NCBI GenBank assembly: GCA_963699755.1
Contig: CAVOVB010000001.1
Coordinates: forward strand, 1,408,001-1,472,000
Origin: an uncultured delta proteobacterium
GTDB taxonomy: Bacteria; Myxococcota_A; Polyangia; Polyangiales; Houyiibacteriaceae
Reading direction: 5' to 3'
Length of the DNA stretch: 64,000 nt
The notes beneath the pieces are model-generated. The model made no database searches. It saw nothing but the letters and a program-made list of their open reading frames with translations, and was not told the DNA's origin. The position numbers and the translations under genes are program-made. The first letter of the stretch is position 1. Every line of letters begins with the position of its first letter. Of this stretch, positions 49,330 to 58,116 are shown in pieces.

Positions 49330-50388
49330 ATGGCTTTTCGCTCACTGTCGGTACCGGTATGTTTTCTTGTAATTCTATGGGGTTGCGGGGAGGCTTCGAG
49401 CGGGCCCCGATCTAGTGGTGGCACCGGCGGATCAGTCGGGTCTGGGGGCTCGGGCGGATCTGGAGGCACGGGCGGCACTGGGGGTACCGGCGGTGCGGTG
49501 GGTACTGGAGGCACGGGCGGCACGGGTGGTTCGGGAGGCACGGGCGGCACCGGGGGCACGGGCGGTACCGGGGGCACGGGCGGTACCGGGGGTGGGGAGG
49601 TCTGCGTCACCAGCGGGCTGTGCTTCTCCTGTCCTAGCGAAAGCGATGCGAGCTGCGACTGCAACGTAGACGAGGTTTGCGTACCGAGCGGTTGTGAGAC
49701 CTTCGGCGGAGATCCGATCATGCAATGCATGCCCGCACCAGGCGGGGCATGCATCGACAACAACGATTGTGCTGCCGAGTACGACTGCGTCGACGTTGGA
49801 TTCGGAAAGAGTCGGTGCGTCAAGCAGACCCCGGGTTGTAACAGCGGCGCTGACTGCATCCTGGGATTCTCCTGCGAGGGTGTCCCCGGCAGCTGCGTCG
49901 ATCGACGCCTGCCCTGTGACGACTACCTCGACTGTCCGAAGGGGCACGTTTGCAAGGGCCAGCCGAACTCCCAGTTCTGTCTGAGGGTGAACCAGGGCTG
50001 CGAGAGCGACGACGATTGCGCGGATCTGCCCACTCCGTGGTGCGCTGATGTCGATGGCGATGGCACCGGTGAATGCGCTGGATCTCCGTCTCCTAACGAT
50101 GTTCCTCCAGGACCCGCTTGCGTGAACTCGAGCTGCACTGGCAGCACACCGGTTTGCGAGGTAGCCGCGATATCCAGTCTGGCGACCTGCGGCCAATACG
50201 GTTTGTGTCAGGTTAGCGGCGATTGCGCTCCTGGCTTCGAGTGCGTTGGCCTCTGGCCCGACGGTCGCAAGGAGTGCGTCGAGACGGGCGGACTCTGCGC
50301 TCACGTCTCGGATTGCCCGGAGCAGCAAGTCTGCGCTTCACCACGGGCCGGGGGTCCGCCCAGCTGCCAGCGCGGTTCTGCACCCTAG
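49330..50388 (+). CDS. Cys-rich repeat lipoprotein with Gly/Thr linker
   Basis: AGGAG RBS; lipobox LWGC; (GGT)n linker; 36 Cys in repeated four-Cys modules. Confidence 0.85.
   Translation: MAFRSLSVPVCFLVILWGCGEASSGPRSSGGTGGSVGSGGSGGSGGTGGTGGTGGAVGTGGTGGTGGSGGTGGTGGTGGTGGTGGTGGGEVCVTSGLCFSCPSESDASCDCNVDEVCVPSGCETFGGDPIMQCMPAPGGACIDNNDCAAEYDCVDVGFGKSRCVKQTPGCNSGADCILGFSCEGVPGSCVDRRLPCDDYLDCPKGHVCKGQPNSQFCLRVNQGCESDDDCADLPTPWCADVDGDGTGECAGSPSPNDVPPGPACVNSSCTGSTPVCEVAAISSLATCGQYGLCQVSGDCAPGFECVGLWPDGRKECVETGGLCAHVSDCPEQQVCASPRAGGPPSCQRGSAP
49417..49596 (+). repeat. Degenerate 9-bp tandem repeat encoding a (Gly-Gly-Thr/Ser)n linker
   Basis: Repeated GGCACGGGC/GGTACCGGG units within the lipoprotein CDS. 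Confidence 0.85.
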
Positions 50389-50396
50389 GAGGCAAC

Positions 50397-52805
50397 ATGA
50401 AGAAATCCCCCAACGCTCCCTGGTTTCTCTTGCTAGTCGCGATGGCGCTCTCCGCATGTGAGAGCGGCGGCGGCTCCGCGGTTTCCGTTCAGCAGAAGGT
50501 GGTCACTCCGCCCGGTCCCTGCGGTGATGGCGATCCAACCTGCCAAGTGGCGATGGACTTCCCGACGCAGGGCGACCTCACCATCGACAACAGCGACAAC
50601 ATCGTCTTCTCAGCATCCGACGGGGCGATCACACTGACACCCGGCAGCAACGTGGTCATCGACACCGATGGGGACGGCGTACCGAACTGGGCCGACGACT
50701 GCCCGGGACCGGGTTGGCGCACGCCTTGCGATGGTGACCCCAGCGACGACGGCATCTACGACACGGCGTACTACAACTCCGACAGCCAAAACACTCTTGC
50801 GGCCGACGTCAGCATCTCGGGCAAGATCAACTTCGCGGATGCATACATCTTGATGGACAGCACAGGCAGCATGGGAGGCGAGCAGGCGCAGCTCGTCGCC
50901 GACCTGACCGCGAGTACCTTCGGCAGTTGCCCGGGCGCAGCCGGCACGGGCCTCATCGGTGCAATGAAGTGCTCGATCGCTGACCTCTGGATGGGCGTGG
51001 GAGAGTTCAAGGAGATTCCGCTGTCTCCGCATGCGAACCCGTATAGTCAGACTCCGTTTCACCACTACCTCGACATGACCGACAACGTTGGCGACATCCT
51101 TGAGGCCGCTGCATCGCTCGTCACCCGCTCCAACAGCGACCGGCCCGAGGCTGCCACGCAGGCCCTCTACTCGGTTGTGACGGGTAAGGGTCTTGGGCCC
51201 TACGTGCCGAACCGGGGCGCCTGCCCCTCGTCGCCCGCTGGACGCTGGGGTTACCCGTGTTTCCGGCCCGGGTCTCTACCGATCATCATTCTCTTCACCG
51301 ATGCACCCATGTGGAACGGACCCCTTCCGGCCAGCGGCGTATATGCCAACCCTCCCTTCGACGGGATCCTGGGTGCTGGCGCGCTCCTGCCGCCGGTCGA
51401 GCAGCATCCAAACATGCTCTTTGCGACCGACGCCTTCTCGGCGCACGACCTGGGCGATTTGACCAACAAGTCGGTTACCGTGATGGGAACGAACGCCAGG
51501 TTCGATGACAGTGCGACGACCTGGAATTTCGGGTCGTGCCTGCGCGGCAGCTCCGGCAATTACTACGGGGACGGGTTCGATGGGTTCGTCAAGTTCTCGC
51601 TCAGCGCTCCGACCAGCGTGTCGCTCAGCGGCCAGGGTACTCACTACCCTCTGTCGAACATGGCCCTGGCGAACTCATCTGGCACGTTTCTCGGTTGCGA
51701 CAATGGGCCGGGCGGCGGTGACCGTTGGGGTCGCCTGAACAATGTCGCCCTCGGGACTGGTGACTGGTACGCGATCAACGATTCGGCGGTGTCTCCCAGC
51801 AGTAGTGCCAACGCCAACCGTGGCCCGTTCCAAATCCGAATCCAGACCACTGCTCCCGATCCCAGTTGGCTGACGACTGACCTACCCGTGCCTTGGGCCG
51901 ATGTCCAAAACGAGCTCTTGGCAGCGGGCGTGAAGATCCTGACCGTCATTAGCCCCCGGGCGAGCGACGTGACGTTGGTGACCAACGAGGCCAACGCGCT
52001 AGCGAACCTCACCGGTTCCGTCGACCAAGCTGGCAACCCATACGTCGAGTCCATCGCTGAGGACGGAACGGGGCTTTCGACCGCGCTTCTCGATGCGATT
52101 GACTCCCTGGTCGCGAACACCCGTCGCGATCTGACCATCATCGCGGAGGACAATCCCGCGACTCCGGCCGTCGATGAGAGCCGGTTCGTCACGCTGATCG
52201 AGGCCTCGAGCTGTCCAACCGTCGGAATACCCAACTGCCTCGGCGGTCAGGGCACGGACACCTGTCTCGGCTGCTTGGCGAACGCCGGAGCCGGTTTTGA
52301 GTTTCGGATCGGAAACAACTTCATACCGCCGAGCGAGTTCCCGCAGGTCTTCGAGTTCGAGCTGGTCGCGATCGCCGACGGAACGGTGGAGCTTGAGCGG
52401 ATTCCCGTCCGAATCATGGTGCCGGGCGACGGCGCCAGCTACGGCAACGGCTTCTATGAAAACAACTACGCGGCGGAGGTCGTCTGTACGATGCCTCCCG
52501 AGCGTCCGGACTGGGGGAATCTGACCTGGATCGGCTCTACGCCGTCGGACAGCACTGTGGAGTTCGAGATCTTCACGGGGAACACCCTCGCGGAGCTGGA
52601 TGCCCAGATTCCGGTTTCGATCGTCTATCCGACCGACACGACGCTTCAAAGCTATGATCTGGGGGAGACGCTCGTCGCCAACGGCCGTCCGAACTACATG
52701 CCTTTGCTTCGCGTGAAGGCGAAGCTCAACGCCTCGAGCGATAGCTATTACACGCCTATCTTCGAAGGCTGGTCGACCCAGTTCCGCTGCATCCCGTTCG
52801 ACTAG
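50397..52805 (+). CDS. Large vWA-domain lipoprotein (CglB/adhesin-like)
   Basis: AGGAGG RBS; lipobox LSAC; Ca-binding-type 'DTDGDGVP...DDCP'; MIDAS-like 'LMDSTGSM'; 'PEAATQAL'; 'GYPCFRPGSLPIIILFTDA'. Confidence 0.8.
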   Translation: MKKSPNAPWFLLLVAMALSACESGGGSAVSVQQKVVTPPGPCGDGDPTCQVAMDFPTQGDLTIDNSDNIVFSASDGAITLTPGSNVVIDTDGDGVPNWADDCPGPGWRTPCDGDPSDDGIYDTAYYNSDSQNTLAADVSISGKINFADAYILMDSTGSMGGEQAQLVADLTASTFGSCPGAAGTGLIGAMKCSIADLWMGVGEFKEIPLSPHANPYSQTPFHHYLDMTDNVGDILEAAASLVTRSNSDRPEAATQALYSVVTGKGLGPYVPNRGACPSSPAGRWGYPCFRPGSLPIIILFTDAPMWNGPLPASGVYANPPFDGILGAGALLPPVEQHPNMLFATDAFSAHDLGDLTNKSVTVMGTNARFDDSATTWNFGSCLRGSSGNYYGDGFDGFVKFSLSAPTSVSLSGQGTHYPLSNMALANSSGTFLGCDNGPGGGDRWGRLNNVALGTGDWYAINDSAVSPSSSANANRGPFQIRIQTTAPDPSWLTTDLPVPWADVQNELLAAGVKILTVISPRASDVTLVTNEANALANLTGSVDQAGNPYVESIAEDGTGLSTALLDAIDSLVANTRRDLTIIAEDNPATPAVDESRFVTLIEASSCPTVGIPNCLGGQGTDTCLGCLANAGAGFEFRIGNNFIPPSEFPQVFEFELVAIADGTVELERIPVRIMVPGDGASYGNGFYENNYAAEVVCTMPPERPDWGNLTWIGSTPSDSTVEFEIFTGNTLAELDAQIPVSIVYPTDTTLQSYDLGETLVANGRPNYMPLLRVKAKLNASSDSYYTPIFEGWSTQFRCIPFD

Positions 52806-52832
52806 GGGGAGGCAACGCGACCCGAAGGCGTC

Positions 52833-55064
52833 CTAGCGGCTGCCGCCCCGGATCAGGGTGAGCATCGGCTTGGGCGCGTAGCCTGCGAGGTAGCCGCTCT
52901 CCTCGGCTACGTAGACCCAGCCACGCTCGTCGACCCGCATCAGGTCGGGGACCAGGTCGCAGGGCAGGCTGGCGGAGAGCTTCTGCCCGTCCGCGGGGCG
53001 CACCACGTGCACCGAGGAAGCCGGCACGAAGAGCGCGCCACCTCGCAGGACGGGTTCGAGCCGGCGCGGAATTTCGTCCGCGAGCGCGTCGGCGAGGCTG
53101 GTGTTCCAGCGGAGTTTCCCCGAGCGCACGTCGAGCGCGCTGAGCTGGCCAAAGGGGGCGTTGACGATCCAGGTCTCGTCGAACGTCAGGCCGGCGCCCC
53201 CTATGCCGAGGCCCGGGTCCCTGGTTTCCCAAAGGGGCGCTCCGGTCCGCAGGCAGTGCGCGGCGAGCGTCGCCTCGTCGCCGGCGGTCGAGACCAGCGC
53301 GACATTGGCGGCGACGCAGGGGTCGGAGGTCGGAGGGCCCGGAAGCTCGCGCTTCCAGCGCGCTTGGCCACTGTAGAGATCGATTGCGAAAAGCGAGCCT
53401 TCGCGTCGGCCACGGACAGCGGCCGCGATGACCGTTTCGTGGCTGACCAGGGGCTTGAACTGAAAACAGCCGCGCTCCGCGAAACGCCAAACGTCTTCGC
53501 CGGTCGCGATGTCGAGAGCGTGGATCGCCTCTTCTCCGCAGGTCACCAAGAGCAGACGGCCGACCTTGGTCATCCGGAACTCGCCACCGCTTCGCGAAGC
53601 GAAGCGCCATCGCGGCTCGCCGGTGCGTAGGTCGATCGCGACGAGCCGGTGACTGCCTTCGCTGACCACCGCGACAGGAGGCGTGTGTTCGCCGCCCGCC
53701 ATCAGGCCCACGGGTGGACCGCCGATCCGAGGTGTGATCTGGGTCGAGCAGTAGGGCTCGCCATCTTTGACATCGCAGAGCTCAACCTCGCCATCGGCCG
53801 AGACTCGAATCAGGACCGAACCGGCCATCAAGGTCGTCGAAGCTTGCCCCGGGCGCGCCCAGAGGACCCTACCATCATCGCGTGATACAGCAACGACGTG
53901 AGTCTGAGTTGCGATCACGAGTCGATCGCCGCACATGAAGACCGAGTTCGCGTCTAGGCCCTCGAGACAGATTCGCCATCGCTCGTCGAACTGCAGGGAA
54001 GGCAGGCTGCTCGGTGCCTCGGGCTCTTCAGAATCGCCACCACGGTGCATGCGTAGACGGTCGGGGTCGAGATTGACGAAGCTATCGGCGCTTCGGCGCG
54101 CGCGGATTTCCCTGCGGAGCGCGCGGACCTCTTGACGGAGGGCGCGGACGCGGAGGTTTCGGCTCTGGCCGCGGTCCGAGGCGACCAGGCTTCGAAGCAA
54201 ATCGCTCGTGAGCTTGAGAATCGGTAGGGCGGCCTCCGCGATCGTCAGTCCAGTTGCGGTCAGGTCACCGTGTCCCTTCGACGAAAGCTCGATGCTGACC
54301 AGCTGGTGAGCCGATTTTCGCATGGCGATCTGGAACTCGCCCGCTCGCAGACGAACGTGGGTCGGGCGTGTGCTCTCCCAGGAATCGACTAGGGTTCGCA
54401 CCGCCACGACCATTCGGTGGGCAGCCAGTATGATCGGTCCTCGCACGAGCGAGAGGCGGCGGCCCCTAACGAAAGCCCAGAGGTGGCCTTCGAAGAGCAG
54501 CGCGTGCACGTCAGCCCGCGACGATCGGCTCTGAGAAGGCGATGACGAAGGATAGACCGCAGCCTCGTACCCGAAGGTGAGAGGGATGTGCTCGCCCGGC
54601 GCGTCGAGATCACCGCCACGCTGGTTCATCGGCAGTAGACTGCCCTCGGGGTCCGGCGTGATCTTGGTCGCGAGGGCACGCTCCGCTACGCGGATCGCGA
54701 TCTGCCGAGCGGTCGGGTCGAGCTCCTGACCTGCCATTTCGAGCATCGACTGCGCGCAGCGGTCCAGGAGGCGCCGCAGCGGGACGGCGCGATCGAGCTG
54801 ATAGACGACCGGTGCGTTCGAGGTGCCGTAGCAGCTGACCAGGACCGAATCTCCACGGCGAACCAGGGCGTACTCGACCGCGGCGCTCGCAAGGGGCAGG
54901 AGCACCTTGGGTTTGGATCCGATCGCCAGGGCTGCGGCCGCGGCCGTGAGCTCCGCCAATGCCGGTGTTTCTAGATCGAGCTCCCCGCCGAGGAGAAGAT
55001 GCTGAACACCGGAATCGGTTCGTTTGTTGGCGTATGAAAGCGATTCGTCCAAGTGGGCGACCAT
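52833..55064 (-). CDS. PQQ-like beta-propeller repeat protein with uncharacterised N-terminal region
   Basis: Repeats 'AIDLRTGEPRW', 'ALDIATGEDVW', 'AIDLYSGQARW', 'ALDVRSGKLRW'; no signal peptide; start 55064 (alternative 55145). Confidence 0.8.
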   Translation of the reverse strand: MVAHLDESLSYANKRTDSGVQHLLLGGELDLETPALAELTAAAAALAIGSKPKVLLPLASAAVEYALVRRGDSVLVSCYGTSNAPVVYQLDRAVPLRRLLDRCAQSMLEMAGQELDPTARQIAIRVAERALATKITPDPEGSLLPMNQRGGDLDAPGEHIPLTFGYEAAVYPSSSPSQSRSSRADVHALLFEGHLWAFVRGRRLSLVRGPIILAAHRMVVAVRTLVDSWESTRPTHVRLRAGEFQIAMRKSAHQLVSIELSSKGHGDLTATGLTIAEAALPILKLTSDLLRSLVASDRGQSRNLRVRALRQEVRALRREIRARRSADSFVNLDPDRLRMHRGGDSEEPEAPSSLPSLQFDERWRICLEGLDANSVFMCGDRLVIATQTHVVAVSRDDGRVLWARPGQASTTLMAGSVLIRVSADGEVELCDVKDGEPYCSTQITPRIGGPPVGLMAGGEHTPPVAVVSEGSHRLVAIDLRTGEPRWRFASRSGGEFRMTKVGRLLLVTCGEEAIHALDIATGEDVWRFAERGCFQFKPLVSHETVIAAAVRGRREGSLFAIDLYSGQARWKRELPGPPTSDPCVAANVALVSTAGDEATLAAHCLRTGAPLWETRDPGLGIGGAGLTFDETWIVNAPFGQLSALDVRSGKLRWNTSLADALADEIPRRLEPVLRGGALFVPASSVHVVRPADGQKLSASLPCDLVPDLMRVDERGWVYVAEESGYLAGYAPKPMLTLIRGGSR

Positions 55065-55110
55065 GTTCTCTTTGCAGCGCGAGCTGGGAAGAAGAGGGTA
55101 CTTGCTGCGT

Positions 55111-56316
55111 TCAATTCGGATCCAAAAAAAGGCGCGTTGGCCCATATGTTGACGACGGGCTCCTCCTTCGGGGAATGGGTGCGAGGGGCTCTCCCATTAA
55201 GTGGCGCATCGCCGTAGAGAACCACTCGGCGCTGTGGTGGAGTGCCAGGTAGCGTCGAGCGCCATCGCGCAATGCGTTCGCGGCACCTTCGTTGTCGAGC
55301 AGGCTCTCTGCCGCTCTGGCCAAGGCGCGAGGACTGTCGTTGGGAATGATCGAGCAGGCTCGCTGCAGCGGAAGCCCGGCGGTGGCCCGCTCCGTTGCGA
55401 TGACGGGAAGCTCGCGGGCGAAGGCGTCGAGCATCTTGATCGGTAGACCGCCCACTGTGCGCCTCGGCACCCAGGCCAAGTCGCTCGCGGCATGGGCCAG
55501 CATGCGGCTTTGCTCCGAGCCGAGGCCGCAGAACACGATCGCGTCGGCGGCTCCCAGGCGTTCGGCTACCTTTCGAACGGGGGCGGGGTCCGAAGCGGTG
55601 GCGACGAGCAATCGGGCCTTCGGGTCGCTTTGGCGCAACAAGGAGATGGCCTCGACGAGGTCCTCCCAGCCCTGGTACCGGTCCAAATTGCCGGCGTAAA
55701 GACAGACATGTGCATCTGGCACCAACCCAAGCGCCAAGCGTGCCTCATTCCGGATCACCCGCTCCGTTCCCGGAGATGATGGCCAGGGGACCGGCAGGTA
55801 TCGCACCTCGTCGCCGAGAAGGGCGGCCAGCGAAGGGGCAACTGCTGCAACGCCCGCTGCCCGGGCGCACACTTGCCTTTCTACACGGCGCCCGACCTTG
55901 CCGACCAGTCGCTTCGCGACTCCGGGCAAGTAGACCGGAAGCTCGCATTCGAGCGAGGTGTGCGCGACGTAATACACTGGAGCGACGCCGGCGCCGAGCG
56001 CCGCGAGGGCGGCTTCGATGTGGTGCGCGACGATCGCTCTGGGCTGAAGTTGGCGCGCCAGCTTGCGAATCTCCCCTACGCAACGCGCGTCCAGCGCGAC
56101 CTTGCCCCAGGAAGGCCCGGAGCGTAGCGAGCGAACATTCGGAAAGTTGGGTATGCGATGGATCTCGTAGGGCGCGTCGAGCTCGTAGGCCGCTTGCGCA
56201 TAAGCGAGCAGGTGGGTTTGCCGCCCCGCTTCTGACGATGCCTTGAGCATGGCTGCAATCGCTGCCTGTGTGCCCTGATGCGTTGGGAACGGGAGGCAGG
56301 CGACGTGAAGGATCAT
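55111..56316 (-). CDS. Glycosyltransferase family 4
   Basis: 'LHVACLPFP..QG', 'LYAGNLDRYQG', 'PR....GLPIKML.......PVI'; ATG 56316 overlaps the upstream stop. Confidence 0.85.
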   Translation of the reverse strand: MILHVACLPFPTHQGTQAAIAAMLKASSEAGRQTHLLAYAQAAYELDAPYEIHRIPNFPNVRSLRSGPSWGKVALDARCVGEIRKLARQLQPRAIVAHHIEAALAALGAGVAPVYYVAHTSLECELPVYLPGVAKRLVGKVGRRVERQVCARAAGVAAVAPSLAALLGDEVRYLPVPWPSSPGTERVIRNEARLALGLVPDAHVCLYAGNLDRYQGWEDLVEAISLLRQSDPKARLLVATASDPAPVRKVAERLGAADAIVFCGLGSEQSRMLAHAASDLAWVPRRTVGGLPIKMLDAFARELPVIATERATAGLPLQRACSIIPNDSPRALARAAESLLDNEGAANALRDGARRYLALHHSAEWFSTAMRHLMGEPLAPIPRRRSPSSTYGPTRLFLDPN

Positions 56317-58037
56317 TCGATGTACCCGAGTGCGCGGAGTCGAGATTCGACGAGACCCTCGTTCTGCGCGTTGCACGACGCGAGCGGGCCCGTTTCGGGG
56401 AGCGCGACCGTCGACACGTTCCGCTGGTCCAGCAGAGCCTCCCAGAGGACGCGCCCCATGAACGATGGCGGCACCGAGAGACCGAGCCGGCGCAGGAGGG
56501 TCGCGCTCAGGTCTGCGATCTGTGCATCGACTCGGCCTACGGCCTCCACGCTCGGCCCAGCTAGGGTCATGAACCCATGTGAGCGATGGCTGCCCGGAAG
56601 GCTTCGTCCCTTCTTGCCGAGCTTTTCGGCAGTACCGAGCTTGCGAAAGGGGCGAGTTGTTGGGGGCTGCACCGGCAAGCGGCTTTGCGTCCATGGGGCT
56701 GCGCGTATCGCATTCGGGGACTCGCTCGGCATCAGATTGTACGAGTAGCCGTCGTCGAGGTGAAGATCGACGACCAGGTCGGGCGCGCGATCCAAGTGCG
56801 GGCCATCGAAGAGCTCCTCGCGGGGGATCAAGTCTCGAAACACCAGCTCGCCGCTCCATGGATCGCGGGTGTCGAGCAAGGCCGCTCGAATTCGCAGGAT
56901 GGTTTCCTGTCTCTGCCAGGGTCGAACGATGCCGCCCGGCTCTCGCCCGGCCAGGTTGAGGTGAATACCGGGGAAGTAGTTCAACTCGTCGCTGAACGCG
57001 ACGGTGTTCGCCATGTCGATCCCACCGAATCGCACATTCGATTCCAATCGGCTTGGCAACCAGGCGTTGCCGAGGCGAAACAGGCGCTCCCGGAGACGGG
57101 GCGGAACACGCCGCAGTGCGATCTCTTTCAAGCGGGCGGCGCGAGGGCCCCGCGCTGACCGAAACCGAAGCAGAGCGTGCTCGGCCAAGAGCCGATTGAG
57201 GTACAACACTTTGTCCGACGAGCCTCCGGAACCATGGTCGCTGAGCACCGTGACCTCGGTTTGCTCGCCTCCCGCGGCCTGCATGAGCGCGCCAACGGCT
57301 TGGTCGAGCGCCTCGTAGACCCGCCCGAGCCCTCCTCCGTCCGCGGCCGAAACGCTGGCTGGACGTCTCGGCGATCGCGTGTCGTGATGTGCCCAGAGAT
57401 AGTGGGACGCGGTGTCGCTTTCGCCGAAATAGAGGGCGAAGACATCCCAGTCCTGTCGCTCGAGCAACCATCTCCCCCAGTCGGTCTTCCGTCCGACGCG
57501 GCGAACCAGCGCGTCCGGCAACCCGTCGATCCAGCCGGGCTCATCGGCATGGAACTCGTCGACATCGTCGAATGACGGCTTGCCGAACCTTTGCAGGGTG
57601 TCGTCGTAGAGGGATGGAGGCCAGATGAACGAACGGTCGGCCTCGAATGCAACCGGCGAATCCCAGCCGCTCACGAAGACTCCGTGCCGAAGCTTTTCGG
57701 GCGGCCAGGTCGCAGGAAAGCTCAAGCAGGCACAGCGTAGCCCGAGCTGATCGAGCCGCGTGAAGAGCGTCGGCACTTCACGGGCCGTGCCCGAGGTGAA
57801 CCGAACCCTATAGCCCTTGCGCGTCGTGAAATCGAAAACCCCATGACGAGCCGGGTCGACGCCCGTGAGAAAGGTCGTCCAGTTCGGCAGCGTGGCCGGG
57901 GGCTGCACCGACTCGAGCGCAGCGAACACGCCGCGGGACATCAGCGCGTGTAGATTCGGCAAGCGCTCCGCGCCAAACAGCTCGACGAGCCCGAGATCAA
58001 ACCCATCCAACCCCAACACCAGCGCCCGCGCCGCCAC
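56313..58037 (-). CDS. Alkaline phosphatase superfamily protein (nucleotide pyrophosphatase/phosphodiesterase-like)
   Basis: 'VLGLDG', 'PPATLPNWTTFLTG', 'D..SH', 'SDHG', C-terminal 'RLRALGYIE'. Confidence 0.88.
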   Translation of the reverse strand: MAARALVLGLDGFDLGLVELFGAERLPNLHALMSRGVFAALESVQPPATLPNWTTFLTGVDPARHGVFDFTTRKGYRVRFTSGTAREVPTLFTRLDQLGLRCACLSFPATWPPEKLRHGVFVSGWDSPVAFEADRSFIWPPSLYDDTLQRFGKPSFDDVDEFHADEPGWIDGLPDALVRRVGRKTDWGRWLLERQDWDVFALYFGESDTASHYLWAHHDTRSPRRPASVSAADGGGLGRVYEALDQAVGALMQAAGGEQTEVTVLSDHGSGGSSDKVLYLNRLLAEHALLRFRSARGPRAARLKEIALRRVPPRLRERLFRLGNAWLPSRLESNVRFGGIDMANTVAFSDELNYFPGIHLNLAGREPGGIVRPWQRQETILRIRAALLDTRDPWSGELVFRDLIPREELFDGPHLDRAPDLVVDLHLDDGYSYNLMPSESPNAIRAAPWTQSRLPVQPPTTRPFRKLGTAEKLGKKGRSLPGSHRSHGFMTLAGPSVEAVGRVDAQIADLSATLLRRLGLSVPPSFMGRVLWEALLDQRNVSTVALPETGPLASCNAQNEGLVESRLRALGYIE

Positions 58038-58116
58038 CCGCAGACCCTAGCGCGAGAGCCCCCCGCTGGCACTGAGCTTGTCGTTCGCACGGTCGCTGAC
58101 GCCGATGCCGACCCTG

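Noticed and set aside
49417..49596. Possible CRISPR or non-coding repeat array
   Set aside because: The units are 9-bp in-frame coding repeats without unique spacers; no cas genes in the window.
49308..49859. Pro-rich (PPV)n minus-strand ORF
   Set aside because: It is the antisense shadow of the (GGT)n linker of the plus-strand lipoprotein, which has an RBS and lipobox.
52803..52820. GGAGGCAAC after the vWA gene stop, echoing the RBS at 50388-50396 and hinting at a lost third gene
   Set aside because: Only a 9-bp match in GC-rich DNA with no start codon or gene remnant after it.
56317..57471. Long N-terminal extension of the GT4 (786-aa ORF)
   Set aside because: Arg/Ala/Pro-rich alternative frame inside the AlkP gene; the ATGA overlap marks the real start at 56316.
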